Shown: positions 56,803-64,000 of the stretch, piece after piece
How positions within the stretch are numbered: position 1 is the first letter of the stretch
Layout of the letters: each line of letters starts with the position of its first letter
Source of the DNA: Myxococcota bacterium
GTDB lineage: Bacteria; Myxococcota_A; UBA9160; UBA4427
DNA length: 64,000 nt
Direction of reading: 5' to 3'
Assembly: GCA_965250285.1 (NCBI GenBank)
Contig: OZ252299.1
Coordinates: forward strand, 3,840,001 to 3,904,000
Made by a program: the position numbers and the translations under genes
Notes under the pieces: model-generated
Databases searched by the model: none
The model's input: only the letters and a program-made list of their open reading frames with translations
What the model was told of the DNA's origin: nothing

Positions 56803-58089
56803 TCAGCTCTGGTCGAGGCGCTCGACGCAGCGCAGCACCTCGGCCTGATAGGCCTTGCCACGCTCATTCACCAGGTCGATCACGTTGAGCGAGGTCGGGA
56901 CGTAGCCGAAGCCGATCTCGCGACGCGGGTTCCACTGGAAGATCGAACCGCCGAGCCCCATCCAGCCGAAGAAACCCTCACGGCCGTTGTTGAACGCACG
57001 GTCGCGTCGCGAGCTTCCGGGGGGCAGCGTCTGAAACTCGTTCACCCCGCCCTGGGTGAAATCGGTCGCGATGAAGCCCATGTCGGCGTGCACCGCATCA
57101 TCGTGCATCGCCTTCCACGCTGCCTCGCCGATCAAGCGGGTGCCCTCCCACACGCCCCCCGCGGCCATCATCGACGCAACGCGAGCAAGACCCCGGGCCG
57201 ACGCGTTGGCGTTTGCCGATGGCGTCTCACCGCGGACGACGACGGGGTCGTTGAAGTAGGCGATTCGATCCATCTTCTTGAACGGCGGCGGTGCACCGCG
57301 CACCGATGCCTTGCGAATCATCGGCAGCAGTCGCAGGAATCGGCCGATGATCTGGAAGATGTTGAGCTCGATGCGCCGGCCGAGAAACTTGGGCTTCAGG
57401 CTCTGCAGCAGCTGGAACACGAAGCCGAGTGGCGCGACCCGCGAGATGCGACCGATGTCGGGCTCTTGAACGCCGATCTGCACATCGGCGTCGATGGGGC
57501 CGCTGACCTCTTCACGCAAGAACTCGCCGATCGTGCGACCCGCCGGATCGACCCGGCGGAAGAGCTCGTTGACGATCCAGCCGCGCGTCACCGCGTGGTA
57601 CTCGCGACGCCCCTCTCGCGGAAAGCGCTGGGGATGCGGCTCGATGACGCGCCCGACCCGATTCTGCTTGATGTGCTCGACGAGTAGATCCTCGGCGTCG
57701 AGCGACGTATTGAAGGCCGCGAGCCCCGCTTCGTGCCGCATCAGGTCGGCGACCTTCAGGTCGCCCTTCCCGGCGTCAGCGAACTCGGGCCAGTAGTCAG
57801 CGACGCGCGCGCCGTAGTCGAGCAGCCCCTTGCCCGCCAACCAGGCGAGCGCAATCGATTCGAGGCTCTTGCCGCTGCTGAACACGTTGGCGAGCGAGTC
57901 GGCGCCGAACGCATCGTCTCCGACGGCCGATGCCCATAGATCGACCACCTTCTCGCCGCGGTGGTACACGCAGAGCTGCGTGTTGCGCTCCTCGAGCGTT
58001 CGCATGTTGTGTTCGTACAAGGCCCTCACCGACTCGAAGCCGGGCGCCACGGTGCCTTCGATCCGCAGTCGATCTCGCGTGCGACTCAT
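56803..58089 (-). CDS. Serine hydrolase (beta-lactamase/class C esterase family)
   Basis: FSSGK SxxK, LMRHEAG, YHAVTRG, GWMGLGGS. Confidence 0.9.
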   Translation of the reverse strand: MSRTRDRLRIEGTVAPGFESVRALYEHNMRTLEERNTQLCVYHRGEKVVDLWASAVGDDAFGADSLANVFSSGKSLESIALAWLAGKGLLDYGARVADYWPEFADAGKGDLKVADLMRHEAGLAAFNTSLDAEDLLVEHIKQNRVGRVIEPHPQRFPREGRREYHAVTRGWIVNELFRRVDPAGRTIGEFLREEVSGPIDADVQIGVQEPDIGRISRVAPLGFVFQLLQSLKPKFLGRRIELNIFQIIGRFLRLLPMIRKASVRGAPPPFKKMDRIAYFNDPVVVRGETPSANANASARGLARVASMMAAGGVWEGTRLIGEAAWKAMHDDAVHADMGFIATDFTQGGVNEFQTLPPGSSRRDRAFNNGREGFFGWMGLGGSIFQWNPRREIGFGYVPTSLNVIDLVNERGKAYQAEVLRCVERLDQS

Positions 58090-58387
58090 CTGCTCTCCTG
58101 TGCGCGATCCCGATCGCCGGGCGCCCGGCCGAGCCCGAGCGGGCCGGACGAGCCGCGCCGGACGGGCCCAGTCGAAATCGACACGCTGCGAGCGGGCGAT
58201 CTCGGGGGAACGACCCGAGACGCTTAGCACGCCGTCTTACCGCGCGACGCGAGGCTCGTCCGGCGACGTGTGCGAGGGCGATCGCGTGCCGAGCGAGGCG
58301 GACGGTGGCTCAGTGTCCCTGCGTTTCGGCCGCAAGAGCGACCTCGCCCGATGCTAGAGTGACGAGACATCGTCTGGAGGGACATGC

Positions 58388-58957
58388 ATGTCGGATGCGC
58401 GCGTCGAGATGCTGACGGAGAGCGCTGCCGTCGAGGCGGCCGGCATGATCGGCGTCAACGAGTCGATCGCCAAGCTGAACGTGTTTCGTACACTGCTGAG
58501 ACGCCCGAAGACCGCCAAAGCGGTCAGTGATCTGCTCTTCTCGCTGCTCTTCGGGGCCGAGCTCTCCGACCGACGTCGCGAGCTGGTGATCATGCGCATC
58601 GGCTGGATCACGGGCTGCGACTACGAGTGGACGCAGCACTGGCCGATCGCCCAGGACGTGTACGGCTGCACGCCCGAAGAGCTGCTCGCCGTGCGGGAGC
58701 CCGCGGCGAGCGACCTGTTCGACGAGGGCGATCGCGCGATCCTCCAGGCAACCGACGAGCTCGTGCAGACCGGCGAGGTCACGGAGCCGACCTGGCGGCG
58801 CTGCCACGACGCGCTCGGCGACGAGGCCGCGATCGACCTCATCGCGTCGATCGGCTGTTGGGGCATGATCTCGAAGCTCGCGCGCGGCCTCCACATTCCG
58901 CTCGAGGACGGTGTCGCGTCGTGGCCGCCCGACGGGCTGGCTTCGCTGGAGGAATGA
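58388..58957 (+). CDS. Carboxymuconolactone decarboxylase (CMD/AhpD-like) family protein
   Basis: RRRELVIMRIG..GCDYEWTQH. Confidence 0.88.
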   Translation: MSDARVEMLTESAAVEAAGMIGVNESIAKLNVFRTLLRRPKTAKAVSDLLFSLLFGAELSDRRRELVIMRIGWITGCDYEWTQHWPIAQDVYGCTPEELLAVREPAASDLFDEGDRAILQATDELVQTGEVTEPTWRRCHDALGDEAAIDLIASIGCWGMISKLARGLHIPLEDGVASWPPDGLASLEE

Positions 58958-58958
58958 C

Positions 58959-59903
58959 ATGAGTGGCCCCCTCTCACTCCCCGATCGCGTGTCGGCTGGC
59001 GCGGTGATCTCGGGGCGCGATCGCGAATCGGTGCTGAGCCACGTTCGTCGGATCGAAGACGCGGGCTTCGACTCGGCCTGGGTCGGCGATCACGTCTCGT
59101 TCTTCATCCCGATCGTCGAGTCGCTCACGTTGCTCAGCTTCGCGGCGGCCGTGAGCGAGCGCATTCGACTCTGCACGGGGATCTACCTGCTGCCACTCAG
59201 GCCGCCCGCCGTGACGGCCAAGGTCACATCGACCCTCGATGTGTTGTCGGGCGGGCGACTGACGCTCGGCGTCGGGGTCGGGGGCGAGTTTCCGCCCGAG
59301 TTCGAGGCGGTCGGTGTCCCGGTCGGCGAGCGTGGGCCCCGAACCGACGAGACGATCGAGATCCTGCGTCGGCTCTGGAGCGAAGACGGCGTCGAGCACC
59401 ATGGGCCTCATTTCGACTTCGGCCCCGTCAGCCTCGACCCGAAGCCCCTGCAGCCCGGCGGCCCGCCGATCATCGTCGGCGGACGTCGGGGGCCGACTTT
59501 TCGCCGCGCGGGACAGCTCGGCGATGGGTACATCTCGCACATGTGCGCGCCCGATCAGTATGCGGCCAACATGAAGCTGATCGGCGATCACGCGCTGGCG
59601 GCCGGACGCGAAGGAGCGGCTTTCGAGTCGTGCGCCTTCCTCTTCACCGTGCTCGACGACGACTACGACAAAGCACATGCGAAGGCCGCGTCGATGCTGA
59701 ACACGATCTATCAGCGCGACTTCACAGAGGCGGCGAAGAAGTACTGCCTGCTCGGGCGTCCCGAAGATTGCCTCGAGCAGATGCAGGCCTTCGCGCGCAG
59801 CGGGGCGCGCCACTTCGTCTTCTCGCTGCTCTCCGACCAGGACGCGTTCTTCGAGTCGTATGAATCGGTGATCGGGCCGGGCCTCTCGCAGATCGACGTC
59901 TGA
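58959..59903 (+). CDS. LLM-class flavin/F420-dependent oxidoreductase
   Basis: GFDSAWVGDH, LGVGVGGEFPPEF, PPIIVGG. Confidence 0.9.
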   Translation: MSGPLSLPDRVSAGAVISGRDRESVLSHVRRIEDAGFDSAWVGDHVSFFIPIVESLTLLSFAAAVSERIRLCTGIYLLPLRPPAVTAKVTSTLDVLSGGRLTLGVGVGGEFPPEFEAVGVPVGERGPRTDETIEILRRLWSEDGVEHHGPHFDFGPVSLDPKPLQPGGPPIIVGGRRGPTFRRAGQLGDGYISHMCAPDQYAANMKLIGDHALAAGREGAAFESCAFLFTVLDDDYDKAHAKAASMLNTIYQRDFTEAAKKYCLLGRPEDCLEQMQAFARSGARHFVFSLLSDQDAFFESYESVIGPGLSQIDV

Positions 59904-59964
59904 TGCCGCCCGAACCGGAGCAGCGAGCTCCGCACACCCACCCGCCCTCTGCAGGAGCCCCACC

Positions 59965-60612
59965 ATGTCTGCCGCCCCCTTCGATCTGACCGAAACCGAC
60001 CGGCTGCTCTCGACCACCCGCGCCGTGCGCAAGCGGCTCGACGTCGACCGGCCCGTCGAACGCGAGGTGATCCTCGACTGCATTCGCCTGTCACAGCAGG
60101 CCCCGACGGCGTCGAACACCCAGACATGGCGGTGGATGGTGGTGATGGACGCCGAGCTGCGCGGCGCGATCGCTGAAATCTATGGCCGAGGCAAGGCCTT
60201 CCTCGAGCAGGCACGCGCCGACATCCCCTCCGAAGACGCGCAGACCCATCGCGTGTACGACTCGGCCGAGTGGCTCGTCGATCATCTGCACGAGGTGCCG
60301 TGCTTCGTGATTCCGTGCGTCGAGGGCCGCCTGCCCCAGGGATCGCCGAACGGCATGGCCGCCGCGGTGTACGGGTCGATCTACCCGGCGATGTGGAGCT
60401 TCCAGCTCGCGCTTCGAAGCCGGGGCCTCGGCTCGGCGCTGACCACGATTCATCTCTTCTTCGAGCAGGAGGTCGCGGCGCTGCTCGGGATCCCCGAGGA
60501 CGTGATGCAGGTGGCGCTGCTGCCGGTGGCGTACACGCGCGGGCTCGACTTCAAGATCGCAGAGCGTCCCGGGCCCGATACGATCACGTCGTTCGATCGC
60601 TGGGGCCACTGA
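59965..60612 (+). CDS. Nitroreductase family protein
   Basis: TTRAVRKRL, QAPTASNTQ, LALRSRGLGS. Confidence 0.9.
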   Translation: MSAAPFDLTETDRLLSTTRAVRKRLDVDRPVEREVILDCIRLSQQAPTASNTQTWRWMVVMDAELRGAIAEIYGRGKAFLEQARADIPSEDAQTHRVYDSAEWLVDHLHEVPCFVIPCVEGRLPQGSPNGMAAAVYGSIYPAMWSFQLALRSRGLGSALTTIHLFFEQEVAALLGIPEDVMQVALLPVAYTRGLDFKIAERPGPDTITSFDRWGH

Positions 60613-60711
60613 GGGCGCACCGATGCAATTCGAGCGGGGCCAGGCCGCCCCGGTCGCCCATCGGCGCGGCGGATGCTGGCCGCTCCAGGTGCGAGCTTCT
60701 ACGCTGGCACC

Positions 60712-62373
60712 ATGACCCCTCGACTCCTCGCTTCCATCGGCTGTCTCGCCTTGCTGAGCGCGTGCTTCTCGCCGGCAGACGACCGTCCCAACGTCATCGT
60801 GATCGTGGCGGACGATCTCGGCTGGAACGACGTCGGCTATCACGGCGGCGACATCGACACACCATCACTCGATCGGCTCGCCGCCGAGGGCACGCAGCTC
60901 GATCGCTTCTACACCACGCCGATCTGCTCGCCCACCCGCGCCGCTTTGATGACGGGACGCGACCCGATTCGACTGGGTCTCGCGTACAGCGTGATCCTGC
61001 CCTGGGACAACAACGGCGTGCACCCCGACGAGCACTTCCTGCCCGAGAGCTTCCAGGCCGCGGGCTACCAGACGGCCATGGTCGGCAAGTGGCATCTCGG
61101 TCATGCACAGCAGACCTACCATCCGAACGAACGGGGCTTCGAGCACTTCTACGGTCATCTGCACACCGAGGTCGGCTTCTATCCGCCTTTCTCGAATCAG
61201 GGCGGGAAGGACTTCCAGCGCAACGGCGAATCGATCGACGACGAGGGCTACGAGACGTTCCTGCTCGCCGACGAGGTCTCGCGGTTCATTCGCGAGCGCG
61301 ACGACGACAAACCGTTCTTCCTCTACATGCCCTTCATCGCGCCGCATACGCCCCTCGATGCACCCGAAGAGCTTCAGGACAAGTACGCCGACATCGATAC
61401 CGATCTCGCGCCGGCGCGCTCGGACCACACCGATCGCACCCGGCAGATCGCGAAGATGCGCGGCGAACCGAGCGCGCGGCCGATGTATGCGGCCGTCGTC
61501 GACGCCATGGATCAGGCGGTCGGCCAGGTGCTCGACACGGTCGACGACGAAGGGCTCACCGACGATACGATCGTGCTCTTCTTCAGCGACAACGGCGGCG
61601 CAGCCTACGCGGTGGGTGGGGCCGACAACGCGCCGCTGCGGGGCGGCAAGGGCGAGACCTTCGAGGGGGGCATTCGCGTCGTCGCGCTGATGCGTTGGCC
61701 GGGTCAGATCCCGGCGGGCGGTCAGATGGACCAGATCATGTCGGTGATGGACGTCTTCCCGACCCTGGCCGACGCCGCCCGCGTCGCGCCGCGCAACGTG
61801 CGTCCAATGGATGGCCACTCGATGTGGCCCGCGATCCACGCAGGCGAGGCCCAGCCGCGCGACGGCTACCTCTTCTTCACGTCGGAGATCCCGATCTACG
61901 GGCACTTCAACGTCACCGCCTTCGACGACCAGTGGAAGCTGGTGCAGGAGATCGACCAGGATCAGCTCGAGACCCGCGTGAAGAGCTCGCTGTTCGCGAT
62001 CGACGAGGATCCCTACGAATACACCGACGTCGCGGCGCAGCACCCCGAGCGCGTCGCGGCGATGACCGAAGCCATTCGCGAGTGGCGCGCGCTCCATCCG
62101 GTGAGCGGCGTGCGATCAGTGATCGCGCCGCCCCCGGGCTGGCGCGCGCCGAAGGATTGGGCGAGCTACCCGCGACCGCTCGACGAGCTGCAAGACGAAA
62201 CGACGGTCGGCGTCGCACCGACCGAGGGCTCACTGCGTTCGCTCGACTGGATGCACGGCGAGCGTGGACGACTGATCTATGACTGCCCGATGCCGACCGG
62301 CACGCTGCGCGAGACGCTGGCGGACGAGCCGAAGTGTCCGATCACCGGCGGGTTCCCGGAGTACCACGACTAG
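60712..62373 (+). CDS. Arylsulfatase (Cys-type), lipoprotein
   Basis: Lipobox LLSAC; PNVIVIVADDLG, CSPTRAALMTG, GKWHLG, SDNGG. Confidence 0.93.
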   Translation: MTPRLLASIGCLALLSACFSPADDRPNVIVIVADDLGWNDVGYHGGDIDTPSLDRLAAEGTQLDRFYTTPICSPTRAALMTGRDPIRLGLAYSVILPWDNNGVHPDEHFLPESFQAAGYQTAMVGKWHLGHAQQTYHPNERGFEHFYGHLHTEVGFYPPFSNQGGKDFQRNGESIDDEGYETFLLADEVSRFIRERDDDKPFFLYMPFIAPHTPLDAPEELQDKYADIDTDLAPARSDHTDRTRQIAKMRGEPSARPMYAAVVDAMDQAVGQVLDTVDDEGLTDDTIVLFFSDNGGAAYAVGGADNAPLRGGKGETFEGGIRVVALMRWPGQIPAGGQMDQIMSVMDVFPTLADAARVAPRNVRPMDGHSMWPAIHAGEAQPRDGYLFFTSEIPIYGHFNVTAFDDQWKLVQEIDQDQLETRVKSSLFAIDEDPYEYTDVAAQHPERVAAMTEAIREWRALHPVSGVRSVIAPPPGWRAPKDWASYPRPLDELQDETTVGVAPTEGSLRSLDWMHGERGRLIYDCPMPTGTLRETLADEPKCPITGGFPEYHD

Positions 62374-62391
62374 CTTCGACCCAGCGGCGTC

Positions 62392-63156
62392 TCAGCGCTT
62401 GCGCTTCTCGAGGTAGGCGCGACGCGCCTCTGCACACTCTTCATCCTGGAAGGCCGTGACGAGGCCATCGGCGTCGCCCCAGCTGCGCATCGTCCCGACC
62501 ATCTGATCGGTCACGGCGTTCACGTGGCGCTTCGTCGAGACGAGGGCGTGCGTCGCCTTCTCGGTCAGCGAGACCGCCAGGTCTACGACGTGCGCATCGA
62601 GTTCGCCCTCGGGCACCACGCGATTGAGGAACCCGAGCGACTTCGCCTCGGGCGCGTCGAAGGGGCGGCAGGTGAGGACCAGCTCTTTGGTGAGCGCCGG
62701 ACCGATCTCGCGCACCAGCCGCGGGATCCCGCCCCAGGCGAGCGGAATGCCGAGATCGACCTCCGGGATCGAGAAGCGGGCGTCCTCGGCGGCGACGCGC
62801 AGATCGCATGCCGACGCGAGCACCAACCCGCCACCGACGCACCAGCCACGGATCTTCGCGATGGTGAGCGCGCGCATGGCTTCGAGCGCGTCGGCCATCT
62901 CACGGCCGCACTCGGCACCGTCTCGCGTCGACATCTTGGTCGGTCCCGAGAAGCTGTTCAGATCGGAGCCCGCCGAGAAGGCTCGCCCGGCCCCCGAGAC
63001 GATCACGACCTTCACTTCGCGGCGTTCATCGAACCACCGCGCCGCGTGGGCGAGCTCGACCAGGGTCTCGGTGGAGAGCGGGTTCAGCTTGTCGCCGCGA
63101 TCGAGGGTGAGTCGCCCGAGGGCCCCCTCGGCTTCGACACGCAGGGTCTCGAACAT
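62392..63156 (-). CDS. Enoyl-CoA hydratase/isomerase family protein
   Basis: FSAGSDL, GWCVGGG, PEVDLGI; GGGAGG RBS. Confidence 0.9.
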   Translation of the reverse strand: MFETLRVEAEGALGRLTLDRGDKLNPLSTETLVELAHAARWFDERREVKVVIVSGAGRAFSAGSDLNSFSGPTKMSTRDGAECGREMADALEAMRALTIAKIRGWCVGGGLVLASACDLRVAAEDARFSIPEVDLGIPLAWGGIPRLVREIGPALTKELVLTCRPFDAPEAKSLGFLNRVVPEGELDAHVVDLAVSLTEKATHALVSTKRHVNAVTDQMVGTMRSWGDADGLVTAFQDEECAEARRAYLEKRKR

Positions 63157-63196
63157 GGTGGTGCCTCCCGGGTCGCCCGACCCGTCGTCTCCGAAG

Positions 63197-64000
63197 CTAG
63201 ATCTCGAGCACGGTTCGCACGCCCCGGCTCGCGCGCACGTCATCGAAGCCTTCGTTGATCTCGGCGAGCGGCCGGCGCGTCGTGATCATCGTCTCGAGGT
63301 CGAGCCGACCGTTGCGCCACAGGCCGATCAGGCGCGGGACGTCGCGCACCGAGTTGCAGCCGCCGAGCAGCGTCCCCATCAGCTTCTTGCCGCTCACCGT
63401 GAAGAGCGACGCCGGCGCGATCGTAATCGCCTGATCGATCGGCGGAGCGCCGACGCACACGACGCTGCCGCCGTTTCGCGTGGCGTGGAAGCACTGCGTC
63501 ACCAGGTCGGCAACGCCTGCGGTCTCGAACGCGTAGTCGACGCCGATGCCATCGGTCAGATCACGCGCGGCCATGATGATCTCGTCACTCGCAGGATCGA
63601 GCACGTGCGTCGCACCGAGCGTCTTCGCCATCTCACGACGCTGGGCGACGGGGTCGGAGACGATGATCTTCGATGCGTTCGCCAGCGACGCGCCCTGGAC
63701 CGCCGACAGGCCGATCCCGCCGAGACCGAGCACGAGCACCGTCGCGCCTTCTTCGACCTCGGCCGTATTGAGCACGGCCCCGACGCCCGTCTGCACCGCG
63801 CACCCGATCACACACGCCACGTCGACGGGCACGTCCTCGGGGATCTTGATCGCGCCCGAGGCCTGCGTCACGACGTACTCGGCGAAGCCCGCCACGTTGA
63901 GGCCGCGGTAGACGACTTCGCCGTTGCGCGAGAGACCCGTCGTTCCGTCCGGGAACGAGTTGGTCATGATGCCGGTCGAGTTGATGCAGACGCTGAACTC
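63197..64000 (-). CDS. Zn-dependent alcohol dehydrogenase (class III-like), 5' truncated by window edge
   Basis: GCAVQTGVGA, GLGGIG, GVDYAFE; frame open to window end. Confidence 0.92.
   Translation of the reverse strand, partial: EFSVCINSTGIMTNSFPDGTTGLSRNGEVVYRGLNVAGFAEYVVTQASGAIKIPEDVPVDVACVIGCAVQTGVGAVLNTAEVEEGATVLVLGLGGIGLSAVQGASLANASKIIVSDPVAQRREMAKTLGATHVLDPASDEIIMAARDLTDGIGVDYAFETAGVADLVTQCFHATRNGGSVVCVGAPPIDQAITIAPASLFTVSGKKLMGTLLGGCNSVRDVPRLIGLWRNGRLDLETMITTRRPLAEINEGFDDVRASRGVRTVLEI

Noticed and set aside
56803..58089. Beta-lactam resistance gene
   Set aside because: No signal peptide, and motifs and context fit a family VIII esterase-like serine hydrolase

Overview
High-GC bacterial window, densely coding (about 55 CDS). 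No rRNA, tRNA, CRISPR array or mobile element was recognised. DsbD, lipoproteins and YghU point to a Gram-negative host; a Myxococcota/deltaproteobacteria-like origin is an inference only. The content is mostly lipid, terpenoid/steroid and xenobiotic catabolism: 3 cytochromes P450, a fused acyl-CoA dehydrogenase, 5 crotonases, an acyl-CoA ligase, a PHYH-like dioxygenase, 2 TauD-family enzymes, a Rieske oxygenase, 4 LLM oxidoreductases, SDRs, 3 sulfatase-family proteins, a sulfotransferase and 2 DUF3604 proteins. Main findings: (1) A hidden selenoprotein that the ORF track splits in two. It is a 3-TM-anchored peroxiredoxin/thioredoxin-like protein (33429-34190) with an in-frame UGA in a W-U-P-Y-C motif followed by a bacterial-type SECIS hairpin, directly downstream of a DsbD/ScsB-like gene. 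(2) Tandem palindromes TGAGAG-N5-CTCTCA occur in front of a TetR gene (4296-4337), the selenoprotein operon (33335-33374) and a convergent GST-sulfatase operon (40353-40394), defining a putative TetR regulon around a Sec-redoxin/LLM/DUF3604/sulfatase/GST module. (3) A shared GntR-type box brackets a catabolic cluster containing a very human-PHYH-like enzyme. (4) A 42-bp in-frame triplication of a gene's 3' end.
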